DNA of 64,000 nucleotides, taken from Nitrospirota bacterium. GTDB taxonomy: Bacteria > Nitrospirota > UBA9217. Positions 1-8,868 of this stretch are shown piece after piece. The DNA lies in assembly GCA_963663225.1 (NCBI GenBank), contig OY760142.1, positions 2,720,001-2,784,000 on the forward strand, written 5' to 3'. A program made the translations under genes and the position numbers. Below the pieces are notes generated by a model. The model did no database searches. It saw nothing but the letters and a program-made list of their open reading frames with translations, and was not told the origin of the DNA. Numbering within the stretch: position 1 is the stretch's first letter; every line of letters starts with the position of its first letter.

Positions 1-2
1 AT

Positions 3-494
3 CCTCAGAATCCGCATGCCGTTCGAAAACTGTTTTCTATCAAAAACAGACCGGCCAACCAACCTATTCTTCTCCTGATCTCTGATCCGGCAGACGTTCA
101 TAGATGGGCGGCTGAAATCACACCGGAGGCGGAACGCCTGATGCGACTCTTCTGGCCCGGTCCTCTTACGCTCATTTTTAATGCAAACGACAAGGTGCTG
201 CCGGAATTGACTTCCGGGACCGGTACCATCGGTCTGAGAGTGCCCGGAAACACGCTTACAAGGCGGCTTCTTGCCTATCTCGGCACTGCCCTTACCGGTA
301 CCAGTGCTAACATCTCAGGTGGGAAAAATCCTGATTCGGCAGCGGAAATTGTAAAAGACCTCGGCGAAAAGATTGACTTGATCCTCGATGCAGGAAAGAC
401 GGCAGGAGGGAAACCTTCCACCCTTGTAGATGTGACGAGGGGGAAAATACATATTATTCGCGAAGGGGCGATTCCCTCCCGTGATTTGATCTGA
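3..494 (+). CDS. tsaC: L-threonylcarbamoyladenylate synthase (TsaC/YrdC/Sua5 family), 5'-truncated by window edge
   Basis: Frame is open from base 3 (PQNPHAVRKLFSIKNRPANQP..., KxR motif); contains FWPGPLT, GLRVP, TSANISG and PSTLVD. Confidence 0.9.
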   Translation, partial: PQNPHAVRKLFSIKNRPANQPILLLISDPADVHRWAAEITPEAERLMRLFWPGPLTLIFNANDKVLPELTSGTGTIGLRVPGNTLTRRLLAYLGTALTGTSANISGGKNPDSAAEIVKDLGEKIDLILDAGKTAGGKPSTLVDVTRGKIHIIREGAIPSRDLI

Positions 495-527
495 CCAGCA
501 ACAGGAATTTGTTGTAAGGGGGACGAC

Positions 528-1844
528 GTGAAAAAAATTTTTGTTCTCGACACGAATGTAGTGCTTCATGATCCGCAGGCAATTTTTGCTTTTCAGGACA
601 ATGATGTAGTGATCCCTATTGTCGTCATTGAAGAGTTGGACAAATTTAAAAAAGGCATCGATGAAATCGGCAGAAACGCACGCATGGTTTCGAGGATTCT
701 TGATGAACACCGTTTGAAAGGCAAACTTTCGCAGGGGGTTCAGTTAAAAGGAGGAGGATGCCTGCGTGTAGAACTGAACCACCAGTCGCCGGAACTTCTA
801 CCGAATGAATTGAACGCGGCGAAAGCAGACAACCGGATACTGGCCACGGCGCTCAACCTGAAGCATGATAATCTCCCGGTTGTTCTCGTGACCAAAGACA
901 CAAATCTTCGCATCAAGGCCGATGCGCTGGGACTTCGTGCGGAAGACTTCGAATCCGACACCGTGACGATCGAGGAGCTGTATTCCGGCCAGATGGAACT
1001 GTCCGTGACCCCGGATGCGATCAACGAGTTTTATGTAAAGGGGGAACTGCCGCCTGCGGAACCGAAGCCGTTTTCGAACCAGTATGTGCTCCTGAAGAAC
1101 AACGCCAACCCCTCGCAAACCGCCCTGGCAAGATTCAGCCAGCAGAAAAACGCATTGGTGCCGATTACCAGCACAAAACACGGCGTATGGGGCGTGACTG
1201 CCCGCAATAAAGAACAGCAGTTTGCTCTCGACCTGCTCCTGAATGACGATATCCGGCTGGTGACGCTGGTAGGCAAGGCAGGGACCGGCAAAACACTCCT
1301 CGCCCTTGCCGCGGGCCTTGAAAAAACCATCGAATCGAGGATGTTTCAGCGCCTTGTGGTTTCACGGCCCGTCTTTCCGCTCGGAAAGGATCTCGGATTT
1401 CTGCCCGGTGATATCGACGAAAAACTGAGACCCTGGATGCAGCCGATCCGGGATAATCTCGATTTTCTAATGGGTGCTTCGGCCTCGGCAGGGAGAATGA
1501 AAGGGAAAAAAGACCTCCAGGGGCTGTTTGATCTGGGGATGATTGAAGTTGAACCGCTTACCTATATCCGCGGTCGAAGCATGCCGAACCAGTATCTGAT
1601 TGTCGATGAAGCCCAGAACCTTACTCCTCACGAAATTAAAACAATCATCACGAGGGCGGGTGAGGGGACCAAAGTGGTGCTGACCGGGGATCCCTACCAG
1701 ATTGACAATCCCTATATTGACTCGTCAAGCAACGGTCTTACCTATGTTGTGGAACGGTTCAAGAATGAGCCCATTGCCGGCCATATTACCCTCGTAAAAG
1801 GCGAGCGGTCCGATCTTGCAGAACTTGCAGCCACACTGCTGTAA
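528..1844 (+). CDS. PIN-PhoH (PhoH2/YlaK-like) RNase-ATPase
   Basis: N-terminal PIN domain (VLDTNV, EELD, ADNRIL, TKDTNLR); Walker A GKAGTGKT; LGFLPG, YIRGRS, DEAQN, GDPYQID. Confidence 0.92.
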   Translation: MKKIFVLDTNVVLHDPQAIFAFQDNDVVIPIVVIEELDKFKKGIDEIGRNARMVSRILDEHRLKGKLSQGVQLKGGGCLRVELNHQSPELLPNELNAAKADNRILATALNLKHDNLPVVLVTKDTNLRIKADALGLRAEDFESDTVTIEELYSGQMELSVTPDAINEFYVKGELPPAEPKPFSNQYVLLKNNANPSQTALARFSQQKNALVPITSTKHGVWGVTARNKEQQFALDLLLNDDIRLVTLVGKAGTGKTLLALAAGLEKTIESRMFQRLVVSRPVFPLGKDLGFLPGDIDEKLRPWMQPIRDNLDFLMGASASAGRMKGKKDLQGLFDLGMIEVEPLTYIRGRSMPNQYLIVDEAQNLTPHEIKTIITRAGEGTKVVLTGDPYQIDNPYIDSSSNGLTYVVERFKNEPIAGHITLVKGERSDLAELAATLL

Positions 1845-1935
1845 CAAGAACCATCTGCTATAATTATCCAGTCTGCATCACGCTATTTAAGAGGTACGGC
1901 GGATGCTTTTATGAAAGGATGAAGCACGGAAACGT

Positions 1936-2820
1936 ATGCAGGATATTACAACAAAAAGTAAAAGAACGTTCCTGGCAGTGAGTTTCATCGGCACAATCTT
2001 TGTTCTCGCAGAAATTATTATGCAGTTTCTCGGAAAAAGCCTCTGTTTTACCGAAGGCTGTAAAATTATTGCGAGACAGGCGCGATACGGGGACATTTCA
2101 ATTCTCCTGCTCGGTTTGGTGTTCTTCATAATCCTGACCGTGCTCTCTCTTGCTTGTTTGTACCGCGAGAGGACGGCACTGGAGCGTTCCATCAACATCC
2201 TGCTTATTGCTTCACTGGCTGTGGAAGGTTTTTTGACCGGATATCAGTTTTTCGCGATTCAAACAACCTGTCTGTTCTGTCTCATTGTTTTCAGCTTTAT
2301 AGTCGTCCTTGCAATAATCCGGCTTCTTTCCGGGGAAAAAAGAATACTTGCGGGCTTTGCCGCTCTGGCGGCAGTTTTCCTGCTGTTTTACCTGGTTCTG
2401 CCTGCAGGCGGCGCGCCGGAATCATTGGCGGAAAACGACCGGCTTGTCCTTTTTTTCAGCAAAGAGTGCAAATATTGTGCGGCTGTCAAGAATGAACTTC
2501 AGCAAACCGACCTTAAGGTCAAGTACGTCGACGTAAACGGTTATTACAACCTCCTGAAGAGAATAGGCATTGATTCCGTTCCCACCTTTGTTGTAAACGA
2601 CCCCAATCAAAAACTGTTCCTGGTCGGGGAATCCGCGATTAGGCAATATTTGAAAGATTGTACCGTAAAAAAGACTGCCGCGACCAAAACTTCCCGAAAG
2701 AATCAGACAGAAAAAAATTCAGGAGCCGCTCTTTCCGTTTTTACTCCACAAAACTTGTTTACCGGTCCGGCAGCCACACAGTCAGAAGGTATCTGCAGAG
2801 AGGAACAACCCTGCAAATGA
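1936..2820 (+). CDS. VKOR-like membrane thiol-disulfide oxidoreductase fused to a thioredoxin-fold domain
   Basis: TM helices with loop Cys pair (CFTEGC) and membrane CxxC (CLFC), then Trx CxxC (CKYC) and cis-Pro motif SVPTF. Confidence 0.7.
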   Translation: MQDITTKSKRTFLAVSFIGTIFVLAEIIMQFLGKSLCFTEGCKIIARQARYGDISILLLGLVFFIILTVLSLACLYRERTALERSINILLIASLAVEGFLTGYQFFAIQTTCLFCLIVFSFIVVLAIIRLLSGEKRILAGFAALAAVFLLFYLVLPAGGAPESLAENDRLVLFFSKECKYCAAVKNELQQTDLKVKYVDVNGYYNLLKRIGIDSVPTFVVNDPNQKLFLVGESAIRQYLKDCTVKKTAATKTSRKNQTEKNSGAALSVFTPQNLFTGPAATQSEGICREEQPCK

Positions 2821-2990
2821 GACGGGCATGTTACGCCTTTTCGTGATGCCAGACATTCCTCGTCTTTTTTCTAAACCCTGGCAGTCTCAATCCCTGCGAC
2901 ATGCAATCACCCGGTTTCAGCCGAGGGAGGATTGCAGCAAGTCGCGGGAGCCGGAGGGGCTCCACGACAGTATTACATGAGGAGGATGTG

Positions 2991-4493
2991 TTGGAAAGAC
3001 AAAAGGGGACAATTGAAGGAATTGCGGACAAAGTCTGGAAGTTTTTCGCTTCCGTCAAACTTGCCGTTGTGCTGCTTATCATCCTGGCCCTTGTCTCGAT
3101 CATCGGCACAGTGATCCAGCAAAACGAACCGCCGGATCGTTATCTGCAGGAGTACAGTCTGTCCACGGTCCGGTTCTTTAATATGCTCGGTCTGTTCGAC
3201 ATGTATCATACCTGGTGGTTTGTTCTGCTCCTCGTTCTTCTTACTGCAAATCTTACGGTCTGTACACTCGAGCGATTGCCTCATACCTGGAACATTGTAA
3301 AGTCGCCCCTTCGGCCTCTCGATGGCGAGGCCGAAAAGGCGCTCCCTTACAGAACAGAATTGCATCTTCAGGAGGGACGGATACAAGCCAGTGAACGGGC
3401 TCTGCAGGCGCTTACTTCGCTCCGCTATCCCGTGACCGAGCTCCAGGATTCTGAATCGATACAGTTCCTGTCACAAAAAGGCGTCTACAGCAGAATGGGA
3501 GTGTATATTACCCATTTCAGCATTATCCTCATTTTTATCGGAGCATTGACCGGCGTTTTTTTCGGATTTAAGGCTTTTTTGAGCCTTCCGGAGGGTGCCG
3601 CACAGAAAGTTGTTTATCTTCGGAATGAGCCTTTATGGGACAGAATACTGTCGTCTTTCGGTATTGCAGAAAGCCGTGTCCAATGGGACCCGGAAGCGGA
3701 GCTGCCGACCATGCCGCTCGGCTTTTTTGTACAGTGCGATGAATTCGACGTTGATTATTATATCAATGCATCTGGAATCCCGACCGGCATGCCGTCAGAG
3801 TATCACAGCACGCTCAGTATTTTCGACCTCAGCGGGAAAATAGTTTTGAGCAAACGCATTACGGTAAATGACCCGCTTACTTACAACGGCGTTACATTTT
3901 ACCAGTCCTCCTACGGCACAATGCCGAACACGCCTGGCAAAATCGTTCTGAACATCCGTCAAAAAAACAGTACGACAGGCGAACAGGTCGTTGTTGATCT
4001 CGGCGGTTCCCAATACGTTTCCTCCATCGACAGAACGGTTACCGTCCTTGGGTTCGCTCCATTCGGAATTCGGGACTTCGCAACGGACCAGGTCATGCTT
4101 TTTCGCGCCGAACACGGTGAGTATATTAATCCTGCCGTTCAGCTGCAGGTTTCTAAAGGCAAAAAACCATTATATACAACCGAAATTCTAAAAACCGACC
4201 GGGGAATGCCTTATATGCCGGAAGACTATACGATCACCCTGGTGCGCTACGCAGGAACGAGATATACGGGATTGCAGGTCACCAAGGATCCCGGAGTATG
4301 GATTGTGTACACCGGCTTTGTCCTGCTTTGCATCGGCCCGCTCATAGCCTTTTTCGGATCGCATAGAAAACTCTGGATTACAATCCAGGAACGCAACGGA
4401 CAGGCAATCATAAGGATCTCGGGTACGGTAAATAAGAACCGTCCAGGGTTCGAACGTGAATTCAAAAAAATAGTTGATGTGATTTCGAAATAA
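2991..4493 (+). CDS. resB: Cytochrome c biogenesis system II protein ResB/CcsB
   Basis: FFASVKLA...SIIGTVIQQ, DMYHTWWF, YITHFS, VNDPLTYNG, YQSSY, TGLQVTKDPG; start moved to TTG 2991 behind GGAGG (2981-2985). Confidence 0.92.
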   Translation: MERQKGTIEGIADKVWKFFASVKLAVVLLIILALVSIIGTVIQQNEPPDRYLQEYSLSTVRFFNMLGLFDMYHTWWFVLLLVLLTANLTVCTLERLPHTWNIVKSPLRPLDGEAEKALPYRTELHLQEGRIQASERALQALTSLRYPVTELQDSESIQFLSQKGVYSRMGVYITHFSIILIFIGALTGVFFGFKAFLSLPEGAAQKVVYLRNEPLWDRILSSFGIAESRVQWDPEAELPTMPLGFFVQCDEFDVDYYINASGIPTGMPSEYHSTLSIFDLSGKIVLSKRITVNDPLTYNGVTFYQSSYGTMPNTPGKIVLNIRQKNSTTGEQVVVDLGGSQYVSSIDRTVTVLGFAPFGIRDFATDQVMLFRAEHGEYINPAVQLQVSKGKKPLYTTEILKTDRGMPYMPEDYTITLVRYAGTRYTGLQVTKDPGVWIVYTGFVLLCIGPLIAFFGSHRKLWITIQERNGQAIIRISGTVNKNRPGFEREFKKIVDVISK

Positions 4494-4504
4494 TCTGCAG
4501 GAGG

Positions 4505-5755
4505 ATGAGTGCTATGGAAAGCTCCTTGCTTTTTACCTTAGCCACACTGGCATATTTGACGGCCATGGTTCTTTATATTTGCTTCCTGGCGTTCCGCAAA
4601 GGAAACATAGGTTTGGCGGCCACCGTGGTTACTGCGTCCGGTTTTATCGTGCAGACCGCGGCCCTGCTGCTTCGCTGGTGGGAATCCTATCAAATGGAGA
4701 TCGGCAGGATCCCTTTGTCGAATCTGTATGAATCCCTGGTGTTCTTCACCTGGAGCACCGTGCTTATTTATCTGATTGTCGAGTTCAGATACAAGACAAG
4801 AGCGTTCGGCGCTTTCGTGATGCCGCTTGCCTTTCTCGCTCTGGCGTTTATCAATGTTGCCGGCGTCAATGCCGATATCACCCCCCTGGTTCCCGCACTC
4901 AAGAGCAACTGGCTGTTCTATCATGTATTGGTCTGCTTCCTCGGTTATGCTGCATTCGGCATAGCCTTTGCGGTCAGTCTCCTGTACCTTCTGCTGGATG
5001 TGAAGGAAAAAGGTCCTGTTCTTCCCATGGCGTGCAGCATGGGAGGGATTATCGTCATGGCCTCACTTGGATATTACCTGACGGGTCTGGGCGAGGGCAT
5101 GAAAAAAGTTTATTGGATGGGGCTTGGCATCATGGTGCTTGCCTGGTTCATTTATCTGGTCGTGGCGGGAGTTAAAAACAAATCTCAGTTATTCCTGTTC
5201 TGGTGTCTTTGCGTAACGCTGGCAGTCGGACTGCTGATTGCCATGGGGATTGACTTCATATCGTTCTCACTACAGCCTCTTGCCAAAGGAGAATCGCTTA
5301 AAAACCATCTTTTTGAAGCGACGTTTCTTCACGATTCCACCGGGGTTATACTGATCAGCTGGGCCGCCGTGCTTTTCCTGTTCTGGCTTGTCTGGTCACA
5401 GGGCTTGCGGCTCAGGAATCTGCTTGAACAGTACATACCGGCGCCGGATCAGCTGGACGATGTCACCTACCGTATGATTGCGATCGGATGGCCGCTCCTG
5501 ACCGCCGGCATTCTTACCGGAGCGGTATGGGCAAACAGCGCGTGGGGATCGTACTGGAGCTGGGACCCGAAGGAAACCTGGTCGCTGATCACGTGGTTCA
5601 TCTATGCGATCTATCTCCATTCGCGCTATGTGCGAGGCTGGAAGGGAACGCAGATGGCCGTTATTTCAGCGGTAGGTTTTTTGGCTGTTATTTTCACGTT
5701 TTTGGGGGTCAATCTGGTGCTCTCCGGCCTGCATTCGTACGGTGGAATGAATTAA
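4505..5755 (+). CDS. ccsA: Cytochrome c biogenesis system II heme-handling protein CcsA/ResC
   Basis: WWD domain WGSYWSWDPKETW; PLSNLYES, LVPALKSNWL, GLHSY; follows resB. Confidence 0.95.
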   Translation: MSAMESSLLFTLATLAYLTAMVLYICFLAFRKGNIGLAATVVTASGFIVQTAALLLRWWESYQMEIGRIPLSNLYESLVFFTWSTVLIYLIVEFRYKTRAFGAFVMPLAFLALAFINVAGVNADITPLVPALKSNWLFYHVLVCFLGYAAFGIAFAVSLLYLLLDVKEKGPVLPMACSMGGIIVMASLGYYLTGLGEGMKKVYWMGLGIMVLAWFIYLVVAGVKNKSQLFLFWCLCVTLAVGLLIAMGIDFISFSLQPLAKGESLKNHLFEATFLHDSTGVILISWAAVLFLFWLVWSQGLRLRNLLEQYIPAPDQLDDVTYRMIAIGWPLLTAGILTGAVWANSAWGSYWSWDPKETWSLITWFIYAIYLHSRYVRGWKGTQMAVISAVGFLAVIFTFLGVNLVLSGLHSYGGMN

Positions 5756-5831
5756 GCCCGCAACCGGAATCCAGACCGTCTGCTGAGGTTGCTTGCGGCG
5801 GCAGCTTTTCAGTCGTACCGTCAGAGTGATG

Positions 5832-6959
5832 TTATTTTTTCACGCTGAAACAAAAAACGGTTCCCTCTTTCTCCGAGGTGGTGAAATCCACCGCTCCTCC
5901 CAAAATATCCTCACCGAACAGTTTCATGGAAAATGTTCCAAGCCCTCTTCCGATTTTTGCCTTTGTGCTGAAATTTCGCTGAAATATTCTTCGTGCAACG
6001 TCAGGGGGAATCGACTTTCTGTTCCATACAAGGAAATTAATTTTATCCTCCGACGGTTCGCACCAAACTCTTACTTCATCTCCTTCCGGGGTCTCTTCAA
6101 AAGCATTTATAATCATATTGGTAAGTATTTTCAGCAGCAGGGACGGCTCCGTGTTGAGGGCAATATTTACATCGTCTTTCGGCAGCACGAGTGACTTGTT
6201 CTTTGAAGCAGCATGATTCCCGAACAATGCTTTGAGTTCTTGAAATATCTGCGTGACGGAGATTACCGTATAAATCGGCTGATAGGCTGTCGTGCCGGTA
6301 TTACTGAGGCACTGTTGGACCGATATTTCGCTCATCAGTCTTAATGAACAAGTTTGTATAGTGCGGGACAAATCGCGAATCTCGTCCGTATCCATGCTTT
6401 TGGAAAGGAGATGGCAGGCGCCATGAAGTCCGGTGATGATTCCGTTGATATCATGAAAAAACACCCGTTCCAGCGCGGTTAGTCTTTGCTGATAGGTAAT
6501 ATCCTGCAGGAACAGGAGCAGCAGGCGTTTTTGTTCATACTGTATCGGAACACATCGTACCCGAAAAAACAGATCGCGATTACTATTTTCTTTCGTAGTA
6601 ATGGCGCATTCCTTTTCAGCCGGTATGTCCGATGTCAGGCTCGTAACAATGGATATTGCTGCACCGCATGTCGAGCAGTATTTGCTTGTTCCGCACCCGG
6701 CCGGCATTTCATCGGCGTGCACGCACTTCAGCGCCTCTCCGGGGCGAAACCCCAATACGGCTTCGACATCGTCTATTTTCAGCATTTCGAGCAGCATGCT
6801 GTTCACAGCAAGGATCTGCCGTTGGCTGTTCAGTACCGCCAGAAGACCGCTGACGGAATGAAGCAAGCCGTCAATGACGGAATTGTTGCTGATAAACTCA
6901 ATCTCGTTCTTTAACTCGTCTTCAGATGACCGGTCAGGAGTCGCAAAATAGGTGTCCAT
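5832..6959 (-). CDS. Cytoplasmic sensor histidine kinase with Cys-rich PAS-like input domain
   Basis: H-box FFHDING, N-box NMIINA, F-box IFQRNFSTK, G2 GRGLG; input motif C-x9-C-x5-C-x2-C. Confidence 0.85.
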   Translation of the reverse strand: MDTYFATPDRSSEDELKNEIEFISNNSVIDGLLHSVSGLLAVLNSQRQILAVNSMLLEMLKIDDVEAVLGFRPGEALKCVHADEMPAGCGTSKYCSTCGAAISIVTSLTSDIPAEKECAITTKENSNRDLFFRVRCVPIQYEQKRLLLLFLQDITYQQRLTALERVFFHDINGIITGLHGACHLLSKSMDTDEIRDLSRTIQTCSLRLMSEISVQQCLSNTGTTAYQPIYTVISVTQIFQELKALFGNHAASKNKSLVLPKDDVNIALNTEPSLLLKILTNMIINAFEETPEGDEVRVWCEPSEDKINFLVWNRKSIPPDVARRIFQRNFSTKAKIGRGLGTFSMKLFGEDILGGAVDFTTSEKEGTVFCFSVKK

Positions 6960-7406
6960 GGCGGTTTCCTTTCAAGTCAGGCAACGGGATAGGAATGGTC
7001 TCTCAAGTATATCAGGAGCGTGACCGTGACGCGGCAAACAAAAACTTCTTGGGTATATTTACCAAAAAATTATTGTATTTTCAATAAAAAAATGCATCAT
7101 ATGCGAGACAAAAACAAATTGGCGATATGTTTGTCCTAGATGCGTACGCGGTTGTGAGGGTAGCTTACAGCTTTGGAGAAAGGGATTACGTTTTCCCGCG
7201 TTTCAAGCTCTACCTTCGAAGCTTCAGAGGATGAAATATTCCAATACTTTTGCCCGATGCCAGCTGTCTGCGCATGGTCGCAAAACGGTAACCTGCGATA
7301 AGTACCAGCAGGCAGACGACACCTAAAACAAGCATGGAGCCGATGAATTCATTTATTGTATCAATGGGTTAGTAATATCTTTGCTGTCGTGATGTTCACA
7401 TACTGG

Positions 7407-8741
7407 CTAGTCGTGTGCTGCGCCATTGTTCTGGACGGCGTGGTACAGCCGCTGAACAAGGGCCTGATTAAAGCCGTGTGAGGTCATGTTGGCGATGATG
7501 CGTCCTTTGATGGGGAGTCCGAGGAGATACAGGTCTCCAATCAGGTCCAATATCTTGTGCCGCACGAATTCGTCGGAATATCTGAGCTTTGTATTAATGA
7601 CCTTGCCGTCATACATGATGATGTGGGAGTTAAGGTATCCACCGCCGACTTTTCCGAGTTTTTGCGCCATTTCGATATTCTCAAAGGTATTGAATGACCG
7701 GGCTGGAGCAATCTCTTTTGTGAAGGAATTGTTTTGAGGATTGAACGTCAGAACCTGTTCTCCGATGGGCAGCGGGTAGTCAACCCGCATTGATATTTCG
7801 AATCCATCAAAGGGCTCTACATAAATATGCTTTTCGTGCTTCTGCTCATTGCCCACACCGATTTTTTTGAGGACGACGGCAAGCTTGGTTTGGGCGTTCT
7901 GCTCTTCTATTCCGGCTTCTTCTATCAATACGCAAAAATCTTTGGCGGAACCGTCAATATTCGGGATCTCTTCTTCGACCTTGATGAGTACGTTGGTTAT
8001 GCCGTACATCGAAAGCGCGGCCATCAGGTGCTCAACGGTGCGCACCCGCCTCCTCCCGTTGTCCAGAATGGTAGAATTTGCCGAGAAGGTTTTTAATGGC
8101 GCTGTTTTTGAGAAGTCATCGAGAGAGGTAATATGGCCGGGTATGGTTTGACCGTCAAGCGTTTGAAAGACGATGCCTTCATCGGTCCCGAGGGGACTGA
8201 GGATGATGCCTGTATTTTTGCCGCTCAGCAGGCCTATGCCGTTCAGAACCACATTTCCCTTAAGCGTGCGCTGGCGTACCGGTGAATCAACCACCTCTAC
8301 CATGCCGGGCGGAACAGAAAGATCGGTGCTGACAATCTCGAGCCTCGTATCCGACGGCAGGGCTGTGTCGTCTCCGGCAGGAGTGTGCTTCAGGGCCGAT
8401 TCAACCTTGTCGAGCAGCACTTCCAGATGCAGCGGTTTTTCGAGGAAATCATATGCGCCTGCTTTTATGGCGGCGACTGCGGCTTCGATGCCGGCATGTC
8501 CGCTCATCATGATGACGGGGAGGGCAGGAAAGCGGTCGTGCAGCCGTTTCAGGAGCTGCATGCCGTCAATGCCGGGAAGCCAGACATCCAGCAGAACGAG
8601 GGATGGCTCCATGGTATCAAGACTTTGCCAGAGACTTTCCGCGTCCGGAAAGATAAGGGTCTGGTATCCCTCATCCTTCAGGATGCCCGCTACGGTGGTA
8701 CAGATAGAAGACTCATCATCAACTATGCAGATAGGGTTCAT
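7407..8741 (-). CDS. lpxC: Response-regulator receiver domain fused to UDP-3-O-acyl-GlcNAc deacetylase LpxC
   Basis: REC: IVDDE, LLDVWLPG, MMSGH, FLEKP. LpxC: RQRTLK, GIGLLSG, TVEHLMAAL, EIPNIDGSA, EIAPARSF, EFVRHKILDLIGDL, TSH. Start moved to ATG 8741 (AGGA SD), downstream of the promoter at 8789-8817. Confidence 0.9.
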   Translation of the reverse strand: MNPICIVDDESSICTTVAGILKDEGYQTLIFPDAESLWQSLDTMEPSLVLLDVWLPGIDGMQLLKRLHDRFPALPVIMMSGHAGIEAAVAAIKAGAYDFLEKPLHLEVLLDKVESALKHTPAGDDTALPSDTRLEIVSTDLSVPPGMVEVVDSPVRQRTLKGNVVLNGIGLLSGKNTGIILSPLGTDEGIVFQTLDGQTIPGHITSLDDFSKTAPLKTFSANSTILDNGRRRVRTVEHLMAALSMYGITNVLIKVEEEIPNIDGSAKDFCVLIEEAGIEEQNAQTKLAVVLKKIGVGNEQKHEKHIYVEPFDGFEISMRVDYPLPIGEQVLTFNPQNNSFTKEIAPARSFNTFENIEMAQKLGKVGGGYLNSHIIMYDGKVINTKLRYSDEFVRHKILDLIGDLYLLGLPIKGRIIANMTSHGFNQALVQRLYHAVQNNGAAHD

Positions 8742-8788
8742 ATTTGGTTGTCCTATGGTCCCTTCCGGCCTGAGATTAAAGTGGTGAT

Positions 8789-8817
8789 AGTGTAAGATGT
8801 TGCCGGACATTTGTCAA
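8789..8817 (-). promoter_or_regulatory. Sigma70-type promoter of the REC-lpxC gene
   Basis: Minus strand TTGACA-N17-TACACT. Confidence 0.7.
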
Positions 8818-8868
8818 GGACATGCTGCTTATCAAGGTATTTGCTGAATTGCAGTGAGGAGGCGTCCT

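Noticed and set aside
2901-2990. N-terminal extension of ResB in the ORF track
   Set aside because: Lies within a hairpin, upstream of a strong SD that serves TTG 2991
7156-7318. Two imperfect hairpins as a riboswitch or 6S RNA
   Set aside because: No recognisable conserved motif; pairing is weak and overlaps a plausible small ORF
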